IMG/VR virus record: IMGVR_UViG_3300049165_000104
Location: 1-35,541 of that record
DNA from: a virus
Taxonomy: Duplodnaviria; Caudoviricetes
Length of the DNA: 35,541 nucleotides
Strand: one strand, 5' to 3'
Shown: positions 19,259 to 27,686 of the stretch, one piece after another
Layout: each line of letters starts with the position of its first letter
How positions within the stretch are numbered: the stretch's first letter is position 1
Notes under the pieces: model-generated
Told to the model about the DNA's origin: nothing
The model's database searches: none
Seen by the model: only the letters and a program-made list of their open reading frames with translations
Position numbers and translations under genes: made by a program

Positions 19259-19863
19259 CAGCAAACAAGTCCGCCCTCGCCGTCCACCGCGACCTGGCCT
19301 GGGCGTTGAAGCAGCAGGCCAAGCGGACGGGCGAAGAGTCGCCCTCGGTGCGCGGCTCCGACTGGCGTACCGCCGTCGTCACCACGGTCAACACAGAGGG
19401 AACCGTCGCAGCGGACGGCATCCCAGCCATCCGCTGCATGGAAACCTACGTCCTGCCCACGGTCGGCGACGTCATCGTCATCGACCAGAACAGCAGCGGC
19501 AACTGGATCGCCTGGGGACGCACCGCGACCACCTCGCAGGGCTGGACCAACCTGACGCTCGCCGCCGGCTACGAGAACCCTGGCCACGGCTGGACCGCCT
19601 CCTATCTGCGTGAGGGGCGACGCATCTGGCTGCGGGGCCGGATCGGGCCGACGGCGGGGTCGATCGCGGACGGGGCGACGCTGCTGACTCTGCCTGCCGC
19701 GATCCGGCCCAGCGCCGTCGCGGCGTGGGCGGTCACGCGGGACGCTTCAGTCATGCCTGCCACAACCCGCCTGGAGATCATCGCGGGCGGCATTGTGCGC
19801 ACCTTCCAGTCCTCGAACCTGCCGACCTGGGTGTCTCTTGACGGCATCTCGTACACGATCTAG
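19255..19863 (+). CDS. Minor tail protein
   Basis: AAGGAGG SD and GTGA overlap; N-terminal OB-like YVLPTVGDV; C-terminal TLPAAIRP...VSLDGISY fibre-type domain. Confidence 0.7.
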   Translation: MTANKSALAVHRDLAWALKQQAKRTGEESPSVRGSDWRTAVVTTVNTEGTVAADGIPAIRCMETYVLPTVGDVIVIDQNSSGNWIAWGRTATTSQGWTNLTLAAGYENPGHGWTASYLREGRRIWLRGRIGPTAGSIADGATLLTLPAAIRPSAVAAWAVTRDASVMPATTRLEIIAGGIVRTFQSSNLPTWVSLDGISYTI

Positions 19864-19875
19864 AGGGGATGCCTC

Positions 19876-20472
19876 GTGACCGCACCCGACCCCTACGGCC
19901 AGAACATCGACCTGTGGCAGATGACGGACCCGCCGTCGATCCCCGATGCGATCAGGCTGCTCGCCGACGGGGTCGTCCCGCGCGGTGTGATGCGCTTCGC
20001 GTCCGCGTCCGCAAGAGGCGCCGCCCTGGTGGGCGCTGCCGCGCCTGTTGAGGGCATGGCCACCTACCTGCTCGACGTGAACCGGCTGGACGTGTACGAC
20101 GGTGCTTCCTGGGTGACGCCGGAGCCGTCCCTGTCCAGCACGTCCAGTGGCCTGTCCGTCGCCTCCGGGTTCTCCCTCAACGACTGGTCCGGCTACCGGC
20201 AGGGCCGCAACTTCGTCATCGACATCTACCTGGCCCGCACAGGCGCCACGATCAACGAGTCGGCGGGCAACATCGTCGACACCGTCTGCTGCACGCTGCC
20301 GTCCGGGTGGCGGCCCACCCACGGGACGATCAACTCGTGCTGGGACTCCGGTGTCGCACACGGCGGCTGGGTCGTCGAAACCAATGGCGTGTGCACCCTC
20401 CGCTCAGCCAGCGGCGACATCAGCAACGGCTCCAACCTGCGGCTGCACATCTCCTGGCTCAAGACCACCTGA
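19876..20472 (+). CDS. Minor tail / fibre protein
   Basis: FASASARGAAL...PVEGM...YDGASW; TLPSGWRP. Confidence 0.7.
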   Translation: MTAPDPYGQNIDLWQMTDPPSIPDAIRLLADGVVPRGVMRFASASARGAALVGAAAPVEGMATYLLDVNRLDVYDGASWVTPEPSLSSTSSGLSVASGFSLNDWSGYRQGRNFVIDIYLARTGATINESAGNIVDTVCCTLPSGWRPTHGTINSCWDSGVAHGGWVVETNGVCTLRSASGDISNGSNLRLHISWLKTT

Positions 20473-20491
20473 CCCACAGCATTACGCCCGC

Positions 20492-20516
20492 GCCCCCTGA
20501 TGTGGGGCATTTTTTA
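20492..20516 (+). terminator. Intrinsic terminator after the tail genes
   Basis: gcccc-ctgatgt-ggggc followed by ATTTTTT. Confidence 0.65.
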
Positions 20517-20537
20517 TGCCCAGACAAGGGGGACCGC

Positions 20538-21530
20538 ATGACAAGGACTGGCCCACAGAAGATCCCCGGCGCCTCGCAGGCCTACTTCTACGGTGCTGGC
20601 CAGTACTCCGGCTCGGCGATGGAAGTGAACTGTGGTGTCGTCCACACCACCGAAGGGCGCAGCCTGCCGTCGTACAGCGGCGGAGCCCTGGCCCCGACCG
20701 TGACCGGCGTCCCCGACATCGCTGCGAAGCGGATCCGCTGGTACCAGCACTACGACGTCGACGAATCCGCACGCGCCCTCGCCAACAAGCTCGGCGGCGT
20801 CGAGACGAACACCGCGAACACCTTCCAGATCGAGTTGGTCGGCACCTGCGACGACACCAAGAAGGCCAGCTGGTCCGGGAAGCGCGCGGGCGTCGACTAC
20901 CTGCACTGGCCGACCGCCCCCGACTGGGCGCTCGCCGAAGTGGCGTGGCTGGTCCGATGGCTGCACGACTACCACGGCGTGCCGTTGACCTGTGTGAAGG
21001 ACTGGCTCGCCTACGGCAAGGACTCCCGCCGACCCGGCGTCACGCCGGCGTCCTACGGGGCGAGCCCGGCCCGCATGTCCATGAGCGCCTGGCGGAACTT
21101 CACCGGCTGGTGCGGACATCAGCACGTACCCGAAAACGATCACGGCGACCCGGGCAACCTCGACTTCGCCCGCATCATTCAGCTCGCCAAGGGCGCGAGC
21201 GCACCCGAGCAGGAGGACCCCATGGCGGGCATCACCAAGCAGGACATCTTCGACGCGGTCTGGAAGACCGATGCGATCCCCGCCCCGTCCGATGCGAAGG
21301 ACGCGGCCACCAACAAGACTTGGGCCGGCCTGAGCGTCATCCACGACATCCAGGTCCGCGTCCGCGCCCTGACCGTGGCCGAGGCCGGCCAGTCCGCAGC
21401 GATCGCCAAGCTGGCCCAGCTCATCGGCTCCGACGTCGACACCGAGCAGGTCGTGGCCGCCGTACAGAAGGCCATCGCCGATGCCGTCGTCAAGGTCAGC
21501 GTCGACGTCACCGGGCCGGACACCGAGTGA
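20538..21530 (+). CDS. Endolysin (Zn N-acetylmuramoyl-L-alanine amidase type)
   Basis: VVHTTEG, QIELVG, GHQHVPENDHGDPG; SD AAGGGGG. Confidence 0.85.
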   Translation: MTRTGPQKIPGASQAYFYGAGQYSGSAMEVNCGVVHTTEGRSLPSYSGGALAPTVTGVPDIAAKRIRWYQHYDVDESARALANKLGGVETNTANTFQIELVGTCDDTKKASWSGKRAGVDYLHWPTAPDWALAEVAWLVRWLHDYHGVPLTCVKDWLAYGKDSRRPGVTPASYGASPARMSMSAWRNFTGWCGHQHVPENDHGDPGNLDFARIIQLAKGASAPEQEDPMAGITKQDIFDAVWKTDAIPAPSDAKDAATNKTWAGLSVIHDIQVRVRALTVAEAGQSAAIAKLAQLIGSDVDTEQVVAAVQKAIADAVVKVSVDVTGPDTE

Positions 21531-22081
21531 CCGCCGTCGACTACGACCTCGAATTCCTGGAGGACGGCCGCACCATCGAGCTGATCTCGATCGGCATGGT
21601 GTGCGACGACGGTCGCGAATACTACGCCGTCAACCGGGACATGCCCGTGCGCCGCATCCGCAAGCACAAGTGGCTGATGGAGAACGTCGTCCCGAGCCTG
21701 CCGAAGGGACACGGAGACCAGCGCATCCACATGCCGAAGCGCTGGCTATTCCACTACGCCGATGACCGCGTGAAGCACCGGACGACCATCGCTTCCCAGG
21801 TCGCCGAGTTCATTCGCGCAGCCGGGCCAGACGTAGAGCTGTGGGCGAACTACGGCGCTTACGACCACGTCTGCCTCGCCCAACTCTGGGGGCGAATGAT
21901 CGACCTCCCCGAGGGCGTCCCCATGTTCACCAACGACATCCAGCAGGAAGCCCGTCGCCTCGGCATCGGCTGGGACGAACTCCCCAAGCAGGAATCCGGC
22001 GAGCACAACGCTCTCGCCGACGCACGCCACAACCAGACCGTCCGGCGCTGGCTCGCCGAACAGGAAGCGAGAACACCATGA
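21527..22081 (+). CDS. DEDDh 3'-5' exoribonuclease, RNase AS (Rv2179c)-like
   Basis: YDLEFLEDGRTIELISIG, ELWANYGAYDHVCLAQLWG, HNALADAR; GTGA and ATGA overlaps on both sides. Confidence 0.85.
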   Translation: MTAVDYDLEFLEDGRTIELISIGMVCDDGREYYAVNRDMPVRRIRKHKWLMENVVPSLPKGHGDQRIHMPKRWLFHYADDRVKHRTTIASQVAEFIRAAGPDVELWANYGAYDHVCLAQLWGRMIDLPEGVPMFTNDIQQEARRLGIGWDELPKQESGEHNALADARHNQTVRRWLAEQEARTP

Positions 22082-22443
22082 AGCTCTTCGGACGCGAACC
22101 GGTCGTGGTCCTGAACACCCTGTCCGCGGTGCTCGGCCTCGTCGTCAGCCTCGGCGTAACCAGCCTGAGCGCCGAGACGGCTGGAGCCATCGTCGCCGCC
22201 GTATCCGCGATCCTCGGCGGCATCGCCGCCGCAATGACCCGCCCCATCGCACCGCAGGCGTTCACTGCGATCGTCGCCGCAGGCTCCGTGCTCGTCGGAA
22301 CGCTCGGCTACAACGTGTCGCAGGAGACCGTCGGCGCCATCAACACCGTCGTCCTGGCCCTCCTCACTCTGCTGACCCGGGTGCAGGTATCCCCGGCCAG
22401 CCCGACCGTGCCCGCCTCGCAGCCCGCGAAGCCGGTTCTCTGA
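22078..22443 (+). CDS. Holin
   Basis: MKLFGREP start, about four hydrophobic helices, within the lysis cassette. Confidence 0.75.
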   Translation: MKLFGREPVVVLNTLSAVLGLVVSLGVTSLSAETAGAIVAAVSAILGGIAAAMTRPIAPQAFTAIVAAGSVLVGTLGYNVSQETVGAINTVVLALLTLLTRVQVSPASPTVPASQPAKPVL

Positions 22444-22455
22444 TCGGAGCTGGAC

Positions 22456-22803
22456 GTGGCCGACGATCCGTCGAACGCGGAACTCGCCCACCGCATTGAG
22501 GCCATGCGCATAGACCTCAAGGACGACTTCCGGGAGCTCGCCGCACGGCTTGAGGCCAAGGTCTCCGTCGAACGCTACGAGATCGAGCGTCGCAACCGGG
22601 ACGACGTCCACGTCCAGATGACGGCACGCATCGCGGCGATCGAGACGGCGCGCGACCAGGAGAAGAAGGACGCCGAGCAGGAACGACGGAAACAGGAGGA
22701 TCAGCGGCGTTCCGACAAGCGGCTCATCCTCACCGGGCTGATCGTGCCCGTGCTGCTCGTCCTTCTACAGGTGTACCTCTCGGCAAGGGGGGCGGGCGCG
22801 TGA
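22456..22803 (+). CDS. Coiled-coil membrane protein (lysis accessory)
   Basis: Charged coiled coil with a C-terminal TM segment ([15 protein letters not shown]). Confidence 0.65.
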   Translation: MADDPSNAELAHRIEAMRIDLKDDFRELAARLEAKVSVERYEIERRNRDDVHVQMTARIAAIETARDQEKKDAEQERRKQEDQRRSDKRLILTGLIVPVLLVLLQVYLSARGAGA

Positions 22804-23429
22804 GTGCTCACAGCTCCCCAGCCAAAGCCCGCCGCCGCGCCGACATTTGGTACGCGTTCGTTGCAGTCGCCGGCGTCGCCGCGCTCGCATGGGTCGTCAT
22901 CACCATGCAGCAGCTCGGCAACGACCTGCGGACAGCCAACGAAGCACGCGACGCGCTCGCCTCCCAAGTCGAGCGACTAGGCGGCAAGCCCGTGGCCGGC
23001 CCGCCCGGGTCCCGAGGCGAATCCATCGTCGGGCCGCGAGGCCCACAGGGAGAAAAGGGCGAGAAAGGCGACGCCGGCCAGGTCGGACCATCCGGCTCAC
23101 CTGGTAAGGATGGCGAAGACGGAGACGATGGCAGCGACGGTGCAGGCGAAGTCGGCCCGTCCGGCGCCCCAGGTGTCGACGGTGCAGCTGGCCAGCCCGG
23201 CCCGCAGGGCGAACCCGGACCGGCCGGACCTCAAGGCGAGCCGGGACCGGCTGGTCAGGATGGCCGCGACGGGCAGACCTGCCCCGACGGCTACAGCCTG
23301 CAAGCCCCGTCGTATGACCCGGACGCCCTCGTCTGCCGCAAGGACGGTGCCCCGCAACCCGATGACCCCGGCAACGGATCCGGCAACCAGCCCTTGGCCC
23401 TGGACCCGCAACGCCGCCAGTACATATAG
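22800..23429 (+). CDS. Membrane-anchored collagen-like protein
   Basis: N-terminal TM, short coiled coil, long G-X-Y repeat, C-terminal Cys pair (CPDGY...VCRK). Confidence 0.8.
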   Translation: MSAHSSPAKARRRADIWYAFVAVAGVAALAWVVITMQQLGNDLRTANEARDALASQVERLGGKPVAGPPGSRGESIVGPRGPQGEKGEKGDAGQVGPSGSPGKDGEDGDDGSDGAGEVGPSGAPGVDGAAGQPGPQGEPGPAGPQGEPGPAGQDGRDGQTCPDGYSLQAPSYDPDALVCRKDGAPQPDDPGNGSGNQPLALDPQRRQYI

Positions 23430-23437
23430 GAGAACCT

Positions 23438-23602
23438 GTGCCCGAAGCCGTCCCACGCATCCCGCGCCGCGACGACACCGCCGCCGACCTCGGCAGCCTC
23501 GTCCGGATGGGCGAAGCCGAACCGCCACCCGTACCCGCGCCGTCGATCAGCCCGTTCCTCGAACCCGACCTGCCACCCGCGCCCGTCGACGAGCCCGCGT
23601 GA
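23438..23602 (+). CDS. Small Pro-rich hypothetical protein (54 aa, not in the ORF track)
   Basis: AGGAG SD, GTG 23438, MPEAVPRIPRRDDTAADLGSLVRMG...; ends just before the terminator. Confidence 0.6.
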   Translation: MPEAVPRIPRRDDTAADLGSLVRMGEAEPPPVPAPSISPFLEPDLPPAPVDEPA

Positions 23603-23606
23603 GTGA

Positions 23607-23628
23607 CGCCCCTCCTTCGGGAGGGGCG
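23607..23628. terminator. Bidirectional terminator hairpin
   Basis: cgcccctcc-TTCG-ggaggggcg between convergent genes. Confidence 0.8.
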
Positions 23629-23639
23629 CTTCGTCGTGT

Positions 23640-24281
23640 CTACGGGCAGCTCTCCCCGAACTTGACCGCGGTGAACTCCACCGGCTGCCCGGTCAGTGCC
23701 GTGTCAGCTGCCGGTTTCTGCGTGCACACCTGCCAGTTCGACTCCACCAACACGAACCGGTCGTCCGCACTCGCATCGTTGACGGTGATTGACGTGCTGG
23801 AGTCCAGGGCCGCCCGCGCAGCCTTCACAGACTTCCCCTCGAAGTCCGGCATCTTCCCGCCCGCGGCCGACGGCGCCTTCTCTTGCTTCGCCGGGCAGGT
23901 CTCCTCGAGCTTCACGGTGCCGAAGTCCAGCGTCGTGTCCGTCGCGACACTCGTGCCCGCGGCCGGGTTCTGGCTGCACACCTTCCAATTCCGGTCGAAC
24001 GCCTGCATGCGGTCCCGGCCGAGCGCGTCATGTGATGTGAGCCCGTCGAAGCCGAGTTCCTGCGCCTGGTCCTGCGCGGACTGGAGACCCATGCCGACGA
24101 AGTTCGGCACGTTCGCCTTCTCCGCGGCAGGCTTGGCGTCGGCCGGCGCACTGCTGGTGGGGGCCGCGGGTGCCGACGGGCTTGCGGCGCCCGACGGCTT
24201 GGCGGTGTCGGTGGGTTGGCAGGCGACGATGCCGACCGTGGCGGTGCAGAGCAGGGCAGCAGAGATGATGCGGGTACGCAT
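23640..24281 (-). CDS. Lipoprotein with two PASTA-like domains
   Basis: Signal peptide with lipobox IVAC; Pro/Ala linker; VPNFVGMGLQSAQD...WKVCSQNPAAG and MPDFEGKSV...WQVCTQKPAA. Confidence 0.85.
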   Translation of the reverse strand: MRTRIISAALLCTATVGIVACQPTDTAKPSGAASPSAPAAPTSSAPADAKPAAEKANVPNFVGMGLQSAQDQAQELGFDGLTSHDALGRDRMQAFDRNWKVCSQNPAAGTSVATDTTLDFGTVKLEETCPAKQEKAPSAAGGKMPDFEGKSVKAARAALDSSTSITVNDASADDRFVLVESNWQVCTQKPAADTALTGQPVEFTAVKFGESCP

Positions 24282-24373
24282 GGATTCCCCCGAGTAGTAC
24301 CAGTACAGGCGGAACACCGTAGACCAAGTGTGGGGGAGTGGTGGACGACCTTCACTAGCTCGTGACATGCAGC

Positions 24374-25354
24374 TCAACTGGAGGAGGCGCCGCCTCGGCG
24401 CCATGAGGGCAGTCCTTGCGTTCGGTTGATCTCATCGATCCGCAAAGCGACTGACACAACGAACTGGCGGCAGAAGTTGAACTCCTCGCCGCTGGGCGCA
24501 TAACCGTCCTCGGCCTGAAAGGTAGGGGTGTGTGGTTGGTCGTAGGTCATCCCCACGGCCGGTGTCAACGAAAGGAAGCGTCGATACTGGTGGAAGTCCA
24601 CCCCAAGGGCCATCAGGCGCATCCCGTCCTGAACGGAGCGGGCCACATCCCGGGTTGCAGTAATCTCCTCGGCGAGCCTCTCGGCGGAGCGTGCTGGAAG
24701 CCCGCGCCGGGTGCGCATGTCCGGCTGATCCAGGATCTGACGAACCTGATCACCACGAAGCCCGTGGCGCCGCAGTGACGGGCCGAATGAGAAGACAGAC
24801 AGCCCGTATGGTGCATCGACGTCGTTCATCTGACCTTCCATGAGGCGCTCGAAGGCGAAAGCCAGCATCCCCATGGCGGACAAAAGGTCGCCAGCCTTGT
24901 AGTGCTCGGCGGAGGCCTTCACGCGATCGCGCGCCGCAGGCTGTTGGATCAGGGTAGACGGGTCGATGTCTTCGAAGGGCAACCCGAAGACCAGAGGCGA
25001 GTTTGCCGTGAAGAAGTCGGCCGTATCCGTGCTCGCCCGCTGCAGCGGCTCCGGGCCCGGGAAGCCGGCGCTGTGCTTGAAGCCATTGCGGAGATCGGTC
25101 AAGCGCCTGATGCCGTACAGGGCTTGCAGATCGACGCCGTTCTGGCAGTTGCTGGGATGGAGCGCCTCGGCGAAGCGGTCAGGGAACCTGCCTCTGTCCT
25201 TGACCGCGGCACCCAGATGCTCAGCCGCAGTGATCAGGAACAGTTCGACCGCGTCATGGAATGTGAGGATGGCACTGAACGACAGCGGCTCTGGCGCCGA
25301 CGCCTGCTCAAGCCCTTGCCGATGCAGCATCTGGATGAAGACGAGACTCTTCAT
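24374..25354 (-). CDS. Hypothetical protein with HEPN-like motif (candidate defence RNase)
   Basis: HDAVELFL helix and R-X4-H motif RNGFKH; visibly more AT-rich than neighbours; start 25354 (ATG) or 25384 (ATC). Confidence 0.55.
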   Translation of the reverse strand: MKSLVFIQMLHRQGLEQASAPEPLSFSAILTFHDAVELFLITAAEHLGAAVKDRGRFPDRFAEALHPSNCQNGVDLQALYGIRRLTDLRNGFKHSAGFPGPEPLQRASTDTADFFTANSPLVFGLPFEDIDPSTLIQQPAARDRVKASAEHYKAGDLLSAMGMLAFAFERLMEGQMNDVDAPYGLSVFSFGPSLRRHGLRGDQVRQILDQPDMRTRRGLPARSAERLAEEITATRDVARSVQDGMRLMALGVDFHQYRRFLSLTPAVGMTYDQPHTPTFQAEDGYAPSGEEFNFCRQFVVSVALRIDEINRTQGLPSWRRGGASSS

Positions 25355-25499
25355 GTTCTGAGGGGAGATCTGTACGGAGGTGATGGCTCTGCTCCTTGAG
25401 GCGCTCTGTCGGGATGCAATTGATTGTGTCCGCTGCCGAGGTATGCGCGCTTGCTGACAGCCAGATGGATCCCGCCCGGCCAGCGTGGCTGTGGGTGAC

Positions 25500-25634
25500 T
25501 GTCCATCAATCGATCGATTGATGGCTAGTTGGACAAGGGGAACGCGAAACGGACATAGGGCCCACCCTGTTGTCCAAAAAGGGCGTACAGAAAGTCTCAA
25601 TGTCCATGTACTAGCCATAACCCTTTATTGGACA
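25500..25634. promoter_or_regulatory. res-like site of the serine resolvase
   Basis: TGTCCA at 25500, 25571, 25601; TGGACA at 25530, 25629; CGGACA at 25550; perfect 22-bp palindrome 25503-25524. Confidence 0.6.
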
Positions 25635-25642
25635 ATGGGGTC

Positions 25643-26296
25643 ATGGAACCCGACCCCTCAGACCTCCTCGCGCCCGTCGGCGGTGGAGGCGGCCTCGTCG
25701 GCTATGCCCGCGTCAGCACGAAGGGGCAGAAGCTCGACCGTCAGATCGCCTCCCTCGAAGCTGCCGGATGTCAACGGATCTTCAGCGACAAGAAATCCGG
25801 CAAGAACACGGAACGCGAGGAACTCTGGAAGGCTCTCGACTACTTGCGCGAAGGCGACACCCTCGTCGTCCCGTCGCTCGACCGCCTCGGTCGCTCCATC
25901 CAAGACCTCATCGCCATCGTCGGCGGCCTCCGCAAGCGCGGCATCGGCTTTCGCTCCCTGCACGAGGCGCTCGACACGACCACACCCGGCGGCCGGCTCG
26001 TCTTCCACGTCTTCGCCGCACTCGCCGAGTTCATTCGCGAACTCATCGTCCAGGGCACCCACGAGGGCATCGCCGCCGCCCGGGCCCGTGGACAGCGGCT
26101 CGGACGGCCGCCAGCCATGACGGAAGAGCAGATCCGCCACGCCCGCGCGATGCTCGCCGATCCAGAGGCGTCCATCACCTCGATCGCCAAGCTTCTCGGC
26201 GTCTCCCGGATGACGATCTACAAGTACGTTCCCGAACTCGCAGCCGGACGTGCCTCGCTCGTGGCCGGCGATAGTCGCAAGGAGGTCACGTCATGA
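25643..26296 (+). CDS. Small serine recombinase (resolvase/invertase) with C-terminal HTH
   Basis: GYARVST, LDRLGRS, LDTTTPGGRL, LGRPP, IAKLLGVSRMTIYKY. Confidence 0.95.
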   Translation: MEPDPSDLLAPVGGGGGLVGYARVSTKGQKLDRQIASLEAAGCQRIFSDKKSGKNTEREELWKALDYLREGDTLVVPSLDRLGRSIQDLIAIVGGLRKRGIGFRSLHEALDTTTPGGRLVFHVFAALAEFIRELIVQGTHEGIAAARARGQRLGRPPAMTEEQIRHARAMLADPEASITSIAKLLGVSRMTIYKYVPELAAGRASLVAGDSRKEVTS

Positions 26297-26772
26297 CGGC
26301 CAAGCCGGTGTGCTGGGGCTGGCCCACGGACCTGCCGACCGAGGAGGGTATCCGGCAGAAGTTCCTCGCGGATGCCGAGCGTAGGGGCTGCACGCCGGGA
26401 CAGGCCGGAGTCCTGTGGGACCTTGAGCGTGCCGCGGATACCCTTCTCGGCGACGCCGACAGCGTCCTTGCTCGCTGGCAGGACGGGCGGTGCGCGATCT
26501 GCGGACGGGTGCGCGACCTCGTCTGCGACCACGACCACGCGACGGGTCTTGTGCGCGGCTGGCTCTGCAACTCCTGCAACACGACCGAGGGTACGAACCA
26601 GGAGCCGGACACGATCTTTTCCCTGTACCGGGAGCGCCATCCCGCCGCAATCCTCGGGCTCACGATCCGCTACCTCAACCCCGTGACGGGCGAGTACGCC
26701 ACTCCTCAGCTCGCTCGCGAGGTCGACTGGGCCGACAAGTGGGTCGACGCCGCGGCCGAGGACATCCTGTGA
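26293..26772 (+). CDS. Endonuclease VII-family (HNH-fold) protein
   Basis: CAIC...DHDHATGLVRGWLCNSCN; AAGGAGG SD; ATGA overlap with the resolvase. Confidence 0.85.
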   Translation: MTAKPVCWGWPTDLPTEEGIRQKFLADAERRGCTPGQAGVLWDLERAADTLLGDADSVLARWQDGRCAICGRVRDLVCDHDHATGLVRGWLCNSCNTTEGTNQEPDTIFSLYRERHPAAILGLTIRYLNPVTGEYATPQLAREVDWADKWVDAAAEDIL

Positions 26773-26784
26773 CCAGGAGGTGTC

Positions 26785-26949
26785 ATGGCTGACGAACCGC
26801 CCGAGGAACGCCCGAAGGACTGGATGGAGATCTGGTACGAGACGGGTGACATCACCTGGCAGAAGCCGCTGTCTCCTGAGGCGAACGCCCGGATCCAGCA
26901 GCTCTACAGGAAGCTCGCCGAAGAGCAGCAAGAGGGCGAGAACGACTAG
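26785..26949 (+). CDS. Small acidic hypothetical protein (54 aa, not in the ORF track)
   Basis: AGGAGGT SD; MADEPPEERPKDWMEIWYETG... Confidence 0.65.
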   Translation: MADEPPEERPKDWMEIWYETGDITWQKPLSPEANARIQQLYRKLAEEQQEGEND

Positions 26950-26972
26950 CGCCCGTGCCACACTGTCCGCAG

Positions 26973-27002
26973 GCCCCGCCGGTCTCCCCCGTCCGGCGGG
27001 GC
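26973..27002 (+). terminator. GC-rich hairpin, probable terminator
   Basis: gccccgccgg...ccggcggggc followed by ttct. Confidence 0.6.
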
Positions 27003-27026
27003 TTCTGCGTTGGGGTGGAGGTTCGC

Positions 27027-27395
27027 ATGGCTGACGAGTTGCGGGAGCTGCTGAAGGCGCGGCGCGGGGAACTGGGCTTGTCGTACCAGTCGCTTGCCGC
27101 AGCCTGCACGGGCGCCGGTTCGGGCGCCTCGGTATCGACGGGCTGGCTGCACCGGTTGGAGACCGGGGCTCCGGTCGTCGCGCCGAGCAATGAGGTTCTG
27201 ACGGCCTTGGCGGCAGGCCTGCGGCTGGAGGCGGTGCGGCTACGGGAGGCGGCTGCCGCGCAGTTCTTCGGTCTCCGCTTGCCGTGGGCAGAGTCGGGGG
27301 AGGCGGCTGAGCTGCTGGAGCAGGTGGCGGTCTTGCCGGAGGACCAGCGGCGTGCACTGCTCGATCTGATTCAGGTGATGGCGAAGAACCGGTGA
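27027..27395 (+). CDS. XRE-family HTH regulator
   Basis: GGAGG SD; RRGELGLSYQSLA...STGWLHRLETG...LAAGLRL. Confidence 0.8.
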   Translation: MADELRELLKARRGELGLSYQSLAAACTGAGSGASVSTGWLHRLETGAPVVAPSNEVLTALAAGLRLEAVRLREAAAAQFFGLRLPWAESGEAAELLEQVAVLPEDQRRALLDLIQVMAKNR

Positions 27396-27472
27396 CGGGA
27401 CGCCTGCTCTGGCATAGCTGGCGCACAGCCTTGCGGCCCGCTCTCCGTCGGTGAGAGCGGGCCGCTTGTGCG

Positions 27473-27658
27473 TCACGCCTTCGCTTCGGGCAGCTGTCCG
27501 GGCCTGACGGGCGATATCTCGACGCTGCTGCACCCTTTGCCTTCGAGCCGCTCCTTCTGCCGTTCGGCGCTCGCCTGGTCGTAGGCGACGGCGGAGGCTT
27601 GCGGTATCCCGTCGGTGTCGGTCCAGGTGAGCCCGTAGTTCTGCATGGTGATCGTCAT
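27473..27658 (-). CDS. Small hypothetical protein (61 aa), leaderless
   Basis: MTITMQNYGLTWTD...; ATG lies 6 nt after a -10 element. Confidence 0.7.
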   Translation of the reverse strand: MTITMQNYGLTWTDTDGIPQASAVAYDQASAERQKERLEGKGCSSVEISPVRPGQLPEAKA

Positions 27659-27664
27659 GCGCTC

Positions 27665-27686
27665 ATCATGGCTGGCGGCACTGACA
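27665..27686 (-). promoter_or_regulatory. RecA-NDp/PafBC-type promoter
   Basis: TGTCAG-tgccgccagc-CATGAT-N6-ATG on the minus strand. Confidence 0.65.

Noticed and set aside
20516-22081. 521-aa ORF as a long nuclease fusion
   Set aside because: The first ~337 codons are an off-frame shadow of the endolysin; the real gene starts at GTG 21527.
23000-23280. DNA tandem repeats
   Set aside because: Explained by collagen G-X-Y coding.
24374-25618. 414-aa version of the HEPN-like ORF
   Set aside because: The N-terminal extension runs through the res-like palindromic region and looks non-coding; the start is more likely 25384 or 25354.
19255-26296. Invertase-driven tail-fibre switching or DGR
   Set aside because: No inverted partial fibre genes, no paired inverted crossover sites near the tail genes, and no reverse transcriptase or TR/VR pair seen.
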